Notes: generated by a model from the sequence alone, not told the origin. Shown: positions 8,405 through 18,749, counted from the first letter of the stretch. The stretch is 64,000 nucleotides of DNA from Verrucomicrobia bacterium UBA3783 (GCA_002369235.1 DFFF01000009.1:2762-66761); one strand, 5' to 3'. Made by a program: numbers and translations.

Positions 8405-10082
8405 GAACGAGAAAATAATCGCGATTCTGCTGGGAGTGATCCTTGCAGGGTATCTGTTTTGGTTTCGCGGCGGTGTGACGAACGATGCGGCGGCGGATGC
8501 GGCGCGGCGCAATGATACGGCGGCGGCCGCGGGGAGAAGTCGGGAAACCTCCTGCGCCAAGGCTACGGAGGTCGAGACGGGGGAGAAATTTTCCGATTCT
8601 TCGATTGATCGATCTTTCGATTACGGGGCGAGAGTCTACCGGGCGGCGGAGCAGACTGCGGTTTTGGAGAATGACGAGTTGCGTCTGGAAGTGACGACGC
8701 ACGGCGGCGGCGTCAAGAGCGCTACGCTCAAGAAGTATGCGCAGAACCTCGGCGAGATTTCGGAGGACAATCCCGCATACAAGTTCGATTTTTCGCTTTC
8801 GCCGCTGGGCGCGGGAGAGATGGAATACGAGTCGGTGGCCGTTGACGGCACGACGGCGAAGTTTTTCAGTGCCGCAGGCGAACGCACCGTGACGCTGCTG
8901 GACGGATACAGGGTGGAGATTGCAGGGAGAAGTCAGGGAACGGGGAGCATTTCGCTCGGCGTGGTGTCGATGGGGTCGAGCAAGAACGACATATTGTCGG
9001 TAGACGCATGGGATTTGGGCGGCAAAAAGCCGCATGTGGTGCATTACTCGGAAACCGATCCCTTGAAGGGGTATCTCGCGGGGTCGTCGGGAGGGTGCTC
9101 GGGCAGTGCGAATGCTGCCGGGATGCCGAAGAATTCTCCGGCGATCGAGATTGGCGGCAACTTTGGCTGGATTGCGCTGAAGAACCGGTTTTTCGTGGCG
9201 GCGCTGTGCGAGACGTCGGCAAGGGTGACTGGATTTGCGACGACGGTGGCGCGCGACACGGCGAGCGCGAAGTATCGTCCGGAATCGGTGGCGGTGCGGG
9301 CGGCGATGGATGATGCGGGCGGGGAGGCGAAGTGCGTGTTCTTCATCGGACCGAAGAAGCAGGCGTTGCTGTCGGAACTCGGAATGCGCGATGTCATGGA
9401 GTTCGGGATGTGGCGCTGGATCTGCTACCCGATCGTCTGGACGCTCAACCTTTTCCACGGCTGGATCCCCAATTACGGCGTCGCGATCATCCTGCTGACG
9501 ATTCTCGTGCGGCTGTTGTTCTGGCCGTTGACGCACAAGTCGACGGTCGGGATGAAGAAGATGCAGGAAATCCAGCCGCTCATGAAGGAAGTCCAGGCGA
9601 AATACAAGGACAATCCGCAGCGGCTGCAACAGGAGACGATGCGCCTTTACCGCGAGCATAAGGTGAATCCGCTTTCGTCGTGCCTGCCGATGCTGGTGCA
9701 GATTCCGGTGTTCATTGCGCTTTTCAACGTTTTGCGCAGTGCGGTCGAGCTGCGCTACGCCTCGTTTCTGTGGATTGCGGATCTTTCCGAACCCGAAGGG
9801 CTTTTTGCGGACGTCCTGCCGTTCGGCGGGCTCAACATTCTGCCGATTCTGATGGCGGCGACGATGGCGCTACAGAGTGCGCTCACGCCTCAGGCGGGAG
9901 ACAAGAACCAGCAGCGGATGATGATCGTGATGATGCCGGTGATGATGCTGGTGATGTTCTACAATTTCCCGTCGGCGCTGTCGCTCTACTGGACGCTGAG
10001 CCAGGTGTTGAGCATCGTCCAGATGTGGATAATAAGGAGAAACGGGGCGTGCGGCGCGGCGGCGGCAGTGCGGAGCAAGTGA
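8397..10082 (+). CDS. yidC: membrane protein insertase YidC
   Basis: Start [22 protein letters not shown] at 8397, an 8-nt overlap with yidD. The C-terminal 60-kDa insertase core includes [40 protein letters not shown]. Confidence 0.9.
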   Translation: MNRNEKIIAILLGVILAGYLFWFRGGVTNDAAADAARRNDTAAAAGRSRETSCAKATEVETGEKFSDSSIDRSFDYGARVYRAAEQTAVLENDELRLEVTTHGGGVKSATLKKYAQNLGEISEDNPAYKFDFSLSPLGAGEMEYESVAVDGTTAKFFSAAGERTVTLLDGYRVEIAGRSQGTGSISLGVVSMGSSKNDILSVDAWDLGGKKPHVVHYSETDPLKGYLAGSSGGCSGSANAAGMPKNSPAIEIGGNFGWIALKNRFFVAALCETSARVTGFATTVARDTASAKYRPESVAVRAAMDDAGGEAKCVFFIGPKKQALLSELGMRDVMEFGMWRWICYPIVWTLNLFHGWIPNYGVAIILLTILVRLLFWPLTHKSTVGMKKMQEIQPLMKEVQAKYKDNPQRLQQETMRLYREHKVNPLSSCLPMLVQIPVFIALFNVLRSAVELRYASFLWIADLSEPEGLFADVLPFGGLNILPILMAATMALQSALTPQAGDKNQQRMMIVMMPVMMLVMFYNFPSALSLYWTLSQVLSIVQMWIIRRNGACGAAAAVRSK

Positions 10083-11893
10083 TGGCGACGCTCGAGAACA
10101 TCCGGAATTTCTGCATCATCGCCCATGTGGACCATGGGAAGACGACGCTTTCCGACCGGATACTCGAGCTCACCCATGCCGTATCGCAGCGCGAGCTCAA
10201 GGAGCAGACGCTGGACGCGATGGATCTCGAGCGCGAGCGCGGGATAACGATCAAGTCGCATCCGGTTTCGATGGAGTACGAGGCGAAGGACGGCAAAAAA
10301 TACCTCTTCAATCTGCTCGACACGCCAGGACACGTGGACTTCGCCTACGAGGTGAGCCGGTCGATGGGGGCGTGCGAAGGCGCGCTTTTGGTGGTGGACG
10401 CGGCGCAGGGCGTGGAGGCGCAGACGGTGGCGAACACGTATTTCGCGCAGGACGCGAAACTGGAGATAGTGCCGGTCCTGAACAAGGTGGATCTGCCCGG
10501 GGCGAACGTGCCGGAAGTGAGCCGCGAGATCGAGGATATCCTCGCGATTCCGATGGACGATCCGCTGCTCGTTTCCGCCAAGACGGGCCAGGGCTGCGAA
10601 GCGGTGCTGGAAGCGATCGTCCAGCGCATTCCGCCGCCCGAAACGCGCGGAATCGATGCACCGTTGCGGGCGCTGGTGTTCGATTCGGTCTTCGACGAAT
10701 TCCGCGGCGTGATAACCTATGTGCGCGTGGTGGACGGCTCGCTCAAGGCGGGGCAGAGCGTCGTTTTCATGGGCAGCCGCGTGACGACTGCGGTCCATGA
10801 AGTCGGGATTTTCTCGCCCAACAAAAAGCCGGTCGAAAAACTCGAGGCCGGGCAGGTAGGGTATATAGTCGGAACCGTGAAAGACCCGAGCGAAATCAAG
10901 ATTGGCGATACGGTGACGACGGCGAAGCTGGGCGCGGACGATCCGCTGCCCGGCTTCCACGACATCCACCCCACCGTTTTCTGCGGCATCTATCCGATGT
11001 CCACGGACGAATTCCAGAAGGTGGAGCAGGGGCTGGAGAAACTGCATTTGAACGACAGCGCGTTCACTTTCCACCACGAAAGCTCGCTGGCGCTGGGATT
11101 CGGGTTCAGGTGCGGATTCCTTGGGCTTTTGCACATGGAGATCGTGCAGGAGCGGCTGCGGCGGGAGTTCGGGCTTGATATCATCACCACGTCGCCGGGC
11201 GTCATCTACAAGCTGAAGATGAAAGACGGTGAAGAGCGCGAGCTTGACAACCCCTTGCAGATGCCAGATCCTTCCGCGCTCGAGACGATTTCCGAGCCTA
11301 TCCTCAAGGCGCGCATCATTACGCCGTCGGAGTCGATCGGCGATGTGATGCGCATCGTGATGGACCGGCGCGGATTCGTGGAGGGAACCGAGACGATAGA
11401 CCAGAAGCGGGTGATGCTCCACTGCAAATTGCCGCTCAACGAGATTTTGATCGACTTCCACGATACGCTGAAGTCGGTTTCGCACGGATATGCGTCGATG
11501 GACTACGAGCCTGCGGGATATCAGGTGTCGGACATAGTGAAGATGGACATCCTCCTCAACGGGGAGACGGTGGACGCATTTGCGACGATGGTCCACCGCG
11601 ACAAGGCGCGTTCGCGCGGAATCCAGATGTGCAAGGCGCTTTCGGAGGCGATACCGCCGCACCAGTTCAAGATTCCGGTGCAGGCGGCGATCGGCAAGGA
11701 GATAATCGCTCGCGAGGACATCCGTCCGTTCCGCAAAGACGTGCTTGCAAAGCTGTACGGCGGCGATGTGACGCGCAAGATGAAGGTTTTGGAGAAGCAG
11801 AAGCGCGGCAAGGCGCGGATGAAGGAATTTGGCCACGTGAACGTGCCGCAGAGCGCGTTTATCGCGGTTTTGAAAGGGACTATCAAGGAGTAA
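10082..11893 (+). CDS. lepA: elongation factor 4
   Basis: Start [26 protein letters not shown] at 10082, a TGATG junction with yidC. About 603 aa. The ORF-track start 9680 is an over-extension. Confidence 0.95.
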   Translation: MATLENIRNFCIIAHVDHGKTTLSDRILELTHAVSQRELKEQTLDAMDLERERGITIKSHPVSMEYEAKDGKKYLFNLLDTPGHVDFAYEVSRSMGACEGALLVVDAAQGVEAQTVANTYFAQDAKLEIVPVLNKVDLPGANVPEVSREIEDILAIPMDDPLLVSAKTGQGCEAVLEAIVQRIPPPETRGIDAPLRALVFDSVFDEFRGVITYVRVVDGSLKAGQSVVFMGSRVTTAVHEVGIFSPNKKPVEKLEAGQVGYIVGTVKDPSEIKIGDTVTTAKLGADDPLPGFHDIHPTVFCGIYPMSTDEFQKVEQGLEKLHLNDSAFTFHHESSLALGFGFRCGFLGLLHMEIVQERLRREFGLDIITTSPGVIYKLKMKDGEERELDNPLQMPDPSALETISEPILKARIITPSESIGDVMRIVMDRRGFVEGTETIDQKRVMLHCKLPLNEILIDFHDTLKSVSHGYASMDYEPAGYQVSDIVKMDILLNGETVDAFATMVHRDKARSRGIQMCKALSEAIPPHQFKIPVQAAIGKEIIAREDIRPFRKDVLAKLYGGDVTRKMKVLEKQKRGKARMKEFGHVNVPQSAFIAVLKGTIKE

Positions 11894-11900
11894 ACGAAAA

Positions 11901-12392
11901 ATGATGAACGACATAACATTCGAACAAGCCTGGAATTACGGCGGACCTTTGATGTGGGTATTGGCCGGGATAAGCGTTTTCGGCCTTGCGGTCGTGCTGT
12001 ATTTGTGGATTGCGCAGAGCCGCTTCGTGTTTTTGAAGTCGGCCTACAACCGCGTGATGGCGGCGAAGGACCGCGAGGCGGCCGGCGGCAGGATCGCGGC
12101 GCGTGCGTTCGCGGCGGTCGAATGGCTTGCGGACGTGGCGGCGATCGCGCCTTTGGTGGGGCTTTTGGGTACGGTGCTCGGCATGTTCCGCGCGTTCGGC
12201 GGCATTGCGAGCGACGTTTCGGCCGGCGCCAAGCCCGTGGTGCTCGCGCAGGGCGTCTCGCAGGCGATCGTGACGACGATCTTCGGTCTTGTGGTGGCGA
12301 TTCCCGCACTGTGCTTCTACGCGCTGCTGCGCCGCCGCTGCCAGAAGCGCATCGCCGAACTCGAGGAGGCTTGCAGTGAAGTTCAAGACTGA
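11901..12392 (+). CDS. exbB: MotA/TolQ/ExbB-family proton channel
   Basis: 163 aa with three hydrophobic segments and the family motif PLVGLLGTVLGMFRAF. Confidence 0.85.
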   Translation: MMNDITFEQAWNYGGPLMWVLAGISVFGLAVVLYLWIAQSRFVFLKSAYNRVMAAKDREAAGGRIAARAFAAVEWLADVAAIAPLVGLLGTVLGMFRAFGGIASDVSAGAKPVVLAQGVSQAIVTTIFGLVVAIPALCFYALLRRRCQKRIAELEEACSEVQD

Positions 12393-12792
12393 AAAACGCG
12401 GCGGCAAAGCGCCGGCGCTGGCGATGACCTCCATGCTGGACGTCATCTTCCTGCTGCTGTGCTTTTTCGTGACGGTGAGCGTCTTTTCGCAGTGGGAGAG
12501 CGAAATTTCGATCAAGCTCCCCAACGCCAAGACCGCCCAGGAGCCCGAGCGGCTTCCGGGCGAGATCATCGTCAACCTCACCAAAGAGGGCAAAGTGCGG
12601 GTCAACGGCGGCGACATGCCGCTTTCGGAGCTCAAGTCGCGCCTGTCGAAGATTTCCAAGTTCTATCCCGGCCAGCCGGTCATCATCCGCGCCGACAAGG
12701 AAGTGAAGTACGAATCGCTCGTCGAGGTGATTGACACCTGCCGCGAGGCGGACGTCTGGAATTTCTCGCTGGCGACCGAAGGAGAGCAGTGA
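12376..12792 (+). CDS. exbD: ExbD/TolR-family biopolymer transport protein
   Basis: GTG start at 12376 preceded by GAGGAGG. One TM segment (MTSMLDVIFLLLCFFV) and an ExbD periplasmic domain (PVIIRADKEVKYESLVEVIDTCREA). Confidence 0.8.
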   Translation: MKFKTEKRGGKAPALAMTSMLDVIFLLLCFFVTVSVFSQWESEISIKLPNAKTAQEPERLPGEIIVNLTKEGKVRVNGGDMPLSELKSRLSKISKFYPGQPVIIRADKEVKYESLVEVIDTCREADVWNFSLATEGEQ

Positions 12793-14687
12793 GCGTCGTT
12801 TCCGCGATATTCCTCGCCGCGATGGCGATTACGCCGGCCGACCGGCTGGCGATGGCTGACCGCCGGTTCAACCAGCGCGACTACGCCACCGCGTTCAAGG
12901 AATACCAGGCATTGTACCGGTCTGGCGAGCAGGTGAACGACGGTCTGTTGTTCAGGCTTGCCGAGTGCCGCCGCGCCCAGGACAACCAGACGGACGCGCG
13001 TAGGTACTACCAGGTGTTGCTGAAGAAGTATCCCAATTCCAAGCATGCGAGCCAGGCGCGGTTGATGTCGGCCTTGGCGGTTGCAGGCGAGACGCGCCGT
13101 ACGGAGCTTCTTTTGCTGGATTCGGACTCTTCGCCTGCCGACATCCGCGCCGCCGCGCTTTACTATCTCGCGCTCGACGACAACGACCCGGAAAAACTCC
13201 AGCGGGCGATCAAGCTCGACCCCAACGGCAAATACGCGCCGCACGCGAAGCTGCGCCGCGCGTCGATTCTCGCGTCGTCCGGCAATGCCAAGGAAAAGCG
13301 CGACGCCGTGGAACTTTTGACCGGCATCGCCTTCGGGCATGACGAGGACAGCAGGAAGTTCGCGGAGGACGCGCTCTATCTTGCCGCCGCGACGAGCTAC
13401 TCGGACAAGAAGTACCGCGACGCCGGAAATCTTTTGCATCGCTATTTGAGGTCCTATCCCGGCGGCAAATACGAGAAAGACGTAATCAAGATCTGCGCCT
13501 GGTGCGACTACATGCAGGGCAAGTATACCGACACCCTCGCGCTTTGCGTGCAGGAAGAGAGCGACGATACGGCCTATCTGACCGGCGCGTCGCACTATGC
13601 GCTGGGCGAGAATGAATTGGCGCTCAAGGATTTTCGCGATTATCTGCAGAAGTATCCGGCTGGCCGCTACCGCAACGAGGCGGAACTGCCGCTCGCGAGG
13701 CTGGAGTTCGGCGAGGCGGAAAAGGCCGGAGACATGGCGAAGATGGTCGATGCCGCGCAGCGCGGCGCCAAGCTCGGCGGCATGGCGTCGGATTGCCTGC
13801 GGCTTGCGTGGGCATACGAGCGGGCCGGGCGCGTCGATGACGCGATGAGGGAATATATCGCGGTGGCGGACCGCTTCCCCGGAACCAAAGAGGCGTCCGA
13901 GGCCATGTACTTGAAGGCGATGATCGATCTGCGCGAGCGGCGCTGGAATGCCGCCGATCTCGCGCTCAAGGAGGCGCTGGGCAACAAACTAGAACCGCGC
14001 CGGATACCAGAGGCGAAGTATTGGCGCGGCATTGCGTCGGTGCAGCTTGAGCATGTGGAGGAAGGCGTGGCGCTTTTGAAGGAAGCGATCGAAGGCGGGA
14101 TTTCGCTGGACATGACCCGCGAGGCGAAGCTAATCATCGCCGACCACGATTACAACTCCGGGAGAATCGAAGAGGCCAAGGCGAGATACCGCGAGCTCGT
14201 CGCCAGCGGCGCGGCCGAACGGATGAGCGCCAAGAAAGCGCTCATGGTGGGCAAGCTGATCGACTCCAAGGAATGCGCCAAGGCGCTTGCGGATTCGGAG
14301 TCGCCCGAGTGGCGCCAGGCCGGCTGGGCGCTTCTGGGGCATATCGAAGAGGCGGAGAAGAACTATCAGGCGGCGATCGACGCATACCGCAGGGCGGACG
14401 CGGAACTCGTGGAGACCGACGAGTTGCCTGCGGCGGTTTTGCGGCTGGGCATGCTTGAGGTCGGCAATGGCGAATTCGATTGTGCGGAGAAGACGCTCGT
14501 CAAGGCGGTGGATCTGAACAAGGAGGATGTGCTGGCGCGCGCCGAGGCGTATCTAGGCCTCGCGAAGGTTGCGGCGGGCAAGGGCGACAAGGAGACGGCG
14601 GTAGGCTACGCGACGGTGGTGGCGACGCTCTTCGACCGCACTCCGTTCGCCGCCGAGGCACAGAGGATGCTGGAGGAAGCGAAATGA
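12789..14687 (+). CDS. TPR-repeat protein
   Basis: 632 aa. GTGA overlap with exbD. Repeated A/Y/L-rich 34-residue TPR-like helices throughout. N-terminal hydrophobic signal or anchor. Confidence 0.75.
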   Translation: MSVVSAIFLAAMAITPADRLAMADRRFNQRDYATAFKEYQALYRSGEQVNDGLLFRLAECRRAQDNQTDARRYYQVLLKKYPNSKHASQARLMSALAVAGETRRTELLLLDSDSSPADIRAAALYYLALDDNDPEKLQRAIKLDPNGKYAPHAKLRRASILASSGNAKEKRDAVELLTGIAFGHDEDSRKFAEDALYLAAATSYSDKKYRDAGNLLHRYLRSYPGGKYEKDVIKICAWCDYMQGKYTDTLALCVQEESDDTAYLTGASHYALGENELALKDFRDYLQKYPAGRYRNEAELPLARLEFGEAEKAGDMAKMVDAAQRGAKLGGMASDCLRLAWAYERAGRVDDAMREYIAVADRFPGTKEASEAMYLKAMIDLRERRWNAADLALKEALGNKLEPRRIPEAKYWRGIASVQLEHVEEGVALLKEAIEGGISLDMTREAKLIIADHDYNSGRIEEAKARYRELVASGAAERMSAKKALMVGKLIDSKECAKALADSESPEWRQAGWALLGHIEEAEKNYQAAIDAYRRADAELVETDELPAAVLRLGMLEVGNGEFDCAEKTLVKAVDLNKEDVLARAEAYLGLAKVAAGKGDKETAVGYATVVATLFDRTPFAAEAQRMLEEAK

Positions 14688-16324
14688 GCCGCAGAGACAT
14701 CATCATAGCCGCGCTGATCATCTCGCTCGCCGCGCATGTGGCGACGATGATCTGGGCGCGTCCGAAGGTCATGACGTCGGTCGCCCGCGGACTTGCGCGC
14801 GTCAAACGCCATGTCAACACGGTGCAGCGCGAAGAGCCGCCGCCGGGAGAACTTACCGAAATGAGCCTCGTCGAAGATGAAGAAGCGCGCAAGGACGCGC
14901 CGGAGATCGACGAAGAGGAGATACTCAAACTCTCTGCGCTGAGCGCGATGAACAATGTCCCGCTGGACGACAATGCGCAGCTTGCCGCGCCCGAGCCCAG
15001 CGAAATATCGCGTGAACTCGAAAGCTACAAGATCATCGAGGCGCCTAATGTCTTCGATATTCCGCCGATTGAATTTTCCGCGAGCACCGGCAGAAACCTT
15101 GAGTTCAAAGTCCAGTTTGAAACGCCGCCGCCGGTTGCGAAGGTGACGCCCAAACTTGAAATCGAGATGGAAAGCGAACCGGTTGTCGTGCCTGACGAAA
15201 CGATTCCCGATATGGAAATCGCGGACAGTGCGCCGGAGACCGCCAAGGAAGACCCCGAGCAGCTCGTAAAGGACAAGGTGCCGGAATTCAAGCCTCAGGA
15301 TGCGGTCTCGACGGAAGTAAACGAAAAGCTGGTCGAGGCGGAAAAGGCGGCGGTGAGAGAACTGATCGACGACTATGACGCCATCGACATCAACGAAGCG
15401 GTAGACTTCGCAGCCGAGCGCCAAGTCAAGGATGGATACACCTACTTCCGCGTGCGAGTCGCGCCCAAGCAGGATTTGCCGATCGTCGCCAAGGATTTCG
15501 TAATCCTCATCGATACGTCGCCGTCCGTGGGTCGCGACCGTCTTGCGTCGGTCAAGGACGCGATCAAGCGGCTCATGGTAAACGGCACGAACACCGGCGA
15601 CAGGTTCAACATTGTGGCCTTCAGCGACAAGTTCCAGTATGCGTTCAATTCTTGGCAGCCGTGCGACGCGATTTCATTCAATCGCGCGGAGAAGTGGCTG
15701 GACAACCGGGTTCTGCACGGATGGACCGATGTCTTTGGCGTGATCAAGTCCGTCCTCACGCTGCCGCGCGACCCGAAGCGTCCGCTGATTGCGCTCGTCG
15801 TCACGGACGGCGACGCCAATGCCGGCGTCAGCGAGACGGCGCAGATACTCTCGCGCTTCTCTTCGCTCAACGACGGGCTGATCTCCGTCTACATGTATGG
15901 CGTAAAGGGCAGTGCGAACAAAGAACTCATCGATGTCTTGACGCGCGGCAACCGCGGCGAGTCGATGATCTACAAAGAGGGATTCTTCCGCCGCCAGCGC
16001 GAGAATGCGGGCAACGACATCGATGTTTTCGCCAATCGCTTCAAGATGCCGGTGCTGACCGACCTTCGCGTCGTGTTTGCGTCGGATGTGCAGGCAGAGG
16101 CGTATCCGTCGCTGTTGCGCAACCTTTACCGCGGGACGACGGTGGATATCATCGGGCGCGTCCCCGGTACGCCGGACGAGATTGCGTTCTCGCTCAAGGG
16201 ACTTGCGGGCGACAAGGCGTATGAAGGATACGTAAAGATTCCGCTTTCGGGGTTGGAGTCCGTCAAGGGGGTTGAGGACGCTTACGCGGAAGAAGTAGAG
16301 ATAGACAGGAAGACGAGAAAATGA
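14684..16324 (+). CDS. membrane-anchored von Willebrand factor A domain protein with TonB/TolA-like anchor and linker
   Basis: Start MSRRDIIIAALIISLAAHVATMIW at 14684 (ATGA overlap). The TM helix carries an SxxxH motif. A Pro/Glu-rich linker is followed by a vWA domain with MIDAS residues (FVILIDTSPSVG ... WTDV ... VVTDGDAN). Confidence 0.75.
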   Translation: MSRRDIIIAALIISLAAHVATMIWARPKVMTSVARGLARVKRHVNTVQREEPPPGELTEMSLVEDEEARKDAPEIDEEEILKLSALSAMNNVPLDDNAQLAAPEPSEISRELESYKIIEAPNVFDIPPIEFSASTGRNLEFKVQFETPPPVAKVTPKLEIEMESEPVVVPDETIPDMEIADSAPETAKEDPEQLVKDKVPEFKPQDAVSTEVNEKLVEAEKAAVRELIDDYDAIDINEAVDFAAERQVKDGYTYFRVRVAPKQDLPIVAKDFVILIDTSPSVGRDRLASVKDAIKRLMVNGTNTGDRFNIVAFSDKFQYAFNSWQPCDAISFNRAEKWLDNRVLHGWTDVFGVIKSVLTLPRDPKRPLIALVVTDGDANAGVSETAQILSRFSSLNDGLISVYMYGVKGSANKELIDVLTRGNRGESMIYKEGFFRRQRENAGNDIDVFANRFKMPVLTDLRVVFASDVQAEAYPSLLRNLYRGTTVDIIGRVPGTPDEIAFSLKGLAGDKAYEGYVKIPLSGLESVKGVEDAYAEEVEIDRKTRK

Positions 16325-17136
16325 TAACGGTTTTGATTGCGATCGGAATTGGCGCGGGATGTTTTTCCGGCGCGTATTGGGGTCTTGAGTGGGGGCGCGG
16401 ATGGTCGGTGTTCTGCGGCATCGCCGGGTTGCTCGCCGGGCAGATCGGGCTTGGGCTTTTCTTGCAGCGCAAGGTGAAGCGGGACATGGCTTCCGTGCAG
16501 GGGATTCTCGAGAATGGACAGAAGAGGCTTCATGAGAAGACGCGTCGCTGGCAGATGCGTCCGCCGTCTTCCATGAAGGCGGCGCAGCACGAAATCTTCG
16601 AGGATACGAAGGTATTCGTTCGCGAAGCGCTCGCGCAAACGCAAGTCCTCGGGAAATACCGCTTCTTCGTGCCGATGATCGACCGCCAGATGGCCACGGC
16701 GCAATTGCAGCTCAATTGGATGATCAAGGATTTCAAGGCGGTGGACAGGCTGCTTCCCAAGGCCTTGATCGTTGATCCCACGACCGCCGCAATGAAAATG
16801 GCGCGGATGTACGCAACCGGCGCGACGCTCGCGGAGATTGAGAAGGTCTACCGCAAGGCGATTCGCAAAACGGGCTACAACGGCGGCACGCTCCTCGCGG
16901 CGGCAATGTCGTGGATGCAGGTGAAGAAGGGCGGAGACGATGGCGAGAGCGCCTTCAAGACGCTCACCGAGGCGCTGAAGAAATCCGATGACGCCACCTT
17001 GAAGCGCAACCACGAACTACTCATGAACAAGCGTCTGGCGCACTTCAGCAACAGCGGACTTGGCGACCAGTGGTATTCGCTCTATCTTGAAGAGCCGAAG
17101 ATGCGCTCGCAGCGGCAACACGTAAAATACCGGTGA
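16321..17136 (+). CDS. hypothetical membrane protein (two N-terminal TM segments plus a helical domain)
   Basis: 271 aa. ATGA overlap with the upstream gene. I recognise no family. Confidence 0.6.
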   Translation: MITVLIAIGIGAGCFSGAYWGLEWGRGWSVFCGIAGLLAGQIGLGLFLQRKVKRDMASVQGILENGQKRLHEKTRRWQMRPPSSMKAAQHEIFEDTKVFVREALAQTQVLGKYRFFVPMIDRQMATAQLQLNWMIKDFKAVDRLLPKALIVDPTTAAMKMARMYATGATLAEIEKVYRKAIRKTGYNGGTLLAAAMSWMQVKKGGDDGESAFKTLTEALKKSDDATLKRNHELLMNKRLAHFSNSGLGDQWYSLYLEEPKMRSQRQHVKYR

Positions 17137-18749
17137 TAAAGAAAGCGATAGTCTTGGCGGCGGGACTGGGGACGAGGCTTCGTCCCCTGACGTGCTCCGT
17201 GCCCAAGCCGCTTTTGCCCGTCTGGGGCGAGCCGATGCTCAAGCGGATTGTAGAAGCGCTGCGCTCGCTGGGCGTGGAGGACATAACCGTCAATTGCCAC
17301 TATCTGCACGAACAGGTCGAGGAGTTTGCGCGCGGGAACGGGTGCCGGGTTTCATTCGAGCCGGAGATTCTCGGAACTGGCGGAGTGTTGAATCCGCTGC
17401 GCGACTGGCTGGGCGGCGATGATTTCTATCTCGTCAATGGCGATATCGTGCTCGATACGGACAAGTTGTCGGCCGGGCTCTTCAAACTCGATGGCGCGAT
17501 TGCATCCGCGCTCGTTAGTTCCGTCTTGGGGCCGCGCACGATCGAGGTGGAGCCGGAATCGGGATTTGTCACTTGCTGGAATTCGCCCGACCGGGGAGTG
17601 GACGGAACCTTTACATATCTTGGTTTCGCCGCAGTCTCCGGCAAAATTCTAGATTTCGTCGAGCCGCAAGGATTTTCCACGATCGTCCAGGCGTATGAAA
17701 AGGCTATGATGCAGAGCCGGTTTGTCCGCGCCGTGGAAGTCCCGGACATGCTCTGGACCGACGCCGGCACGATAGACTCATATATCGCCATCAACGATTC
17801 CGACGACGGCAACGGCTTTGCGGATATCCCGCAATTGAAGGCGGCGGCGTCAGTATTCCCCGCGCCGGTCACTTTCCTCGGTGCGCGTGGCAGCGAGCGC
17901 GTGTTCTTCCGCAATTGCGATAGCGTCGCGATAATCTACGACGATTCCCGTCGCGCCGAAAACGCGCTCTATGCCAGGCATACGCGTTTCCTCGCCGGTC
18001 ATGGAATTCCCGTCCCGGAGCTGAAGGCGGAATTGAAGGGCGAAAAGACGCTCGTCATGTCCTGGTGCGGCGAGCCGGGCTTCTCGCTCGACCGCTACAT
18101 AAAAGTCGTGGAGACGCTCGCCAAGTTCAATGCGCTTGGGCGCTGCGAGTTTGAAGAAGGATTCTTGAATCCGCCATTCGACGCCGCGCTCTATCGCTGG
18201 GAGCGCGAACTCTTCCGTGAACACTGCCTTTCCGTGCGCTATCTTCGCGAGCTGCCGCCGGAGGTAGAGGCCGATCTCGCAAAGGTCGAGGAAATGCTGC
18301 TCGCGCTTCCGCTCGCGCTCGTGCACCGCGACTTCCAGTCGACGAATATTCTTTGGAACAAGGACGGCGCGATGGCGATAATCGACTATCAGGGCATGCG
18401 CAAAGGCCCTGCGGCGTACGATCTTGCCTCGCTATTGTACGATCCCTACATAAAACTTGACGACGATTCGCGGCAAAAGCTCGCGTTGCTGTACGCCAAG
18501 ACTGCGGGCGACGACGGGATTGTCGAGGCCTTGCCGTTCGCGGCGTGCCAGCGTCTGGTGCAGTGCCTCGGCGCGTATGGTCGGCTTGCATCCGTGGGCA
18601 AGACTGAATTCGCGAAATATTTTCTGCCGGCTCTGGAGAATCTGCTGTCGGCGGCGGATGACGCCGGGCTCGACGCCCTGGCGGCGCTGGCGGAGGATTT
18701 GATCGCCGTGGAGGCCGGTCATAAAGGCGGAGAGAGCGGACATGAATAG
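17133..18749 (+). CDS. fusion of a MurU-like sugar-1-phosphate nucleotidyltransferase and an AmgK-like anomeric sugar kinase
   Basis: N-terminus KKAIVLAAGLGTRLRPLTCSVPKPLLPV is an NTP-transferase signature. The C-terminus LVHRDFQSTNILWNKDGAMAIIDYQGMRKGPAAYDLASLLYDPY is the APH/AmgK kinase signature. GTG start at 17133 (GTGA overlap). Confidence 0.75.
   Translation: MIKKAIVLAAGLGTRLRPLTCSVPKPLLPVWGEPMLKRIVEALRSLGVEDITVNCHYLHEQVEEFARGNGCRVSFEPEILGTGGVLNPLRDWLGGDDFYLVNGDIVLDTDKLSAGLFKLDGAIASALVSSVLGPRTIEVEPESGFVTCWNSPDRGVDGTFTYLGFAAVSGKILDFVEPQGFSTIVQAYEKAMMQSRFVRAVEVPDMLWTDAGTIDSYIAINDSDDGNGFADIPQLKAAASVFPAPVTFLGARGSERVFFRNCDSVAIIYDDSRRAENALYARHTRFLAGHGIPVPELKAELKGEKTLVMSWCGEPGFSLDRYIKVVETLAKFNALGRCEFEEGFLNPPFDAALYRWERELFREHCLSVRYLRELPPEVEADLAKVEEMLLALPLALVHRDFQSTNILWNKDGAMAIIDYQGMRKGPAAYDLASLLYDPYIKLDDDSRQKLALLYAKTAGDDGIVEALPFAACQRLVQCLGAYGRLASVGKTEFAKYFLPALENLLSAADDAGLDALAALAEDLIAVEAGHKGGESGHE

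Noticed and set aside
9986-11914. 642-aa ORF antisense to lepA. Similar cases are 47427..49037, 54700..56304, 19783..21021 and 58244..59263.
   Set aside because: All are mirror frames of confidently identified plus-strand genes, with His/Arg-rich nonsense composition.
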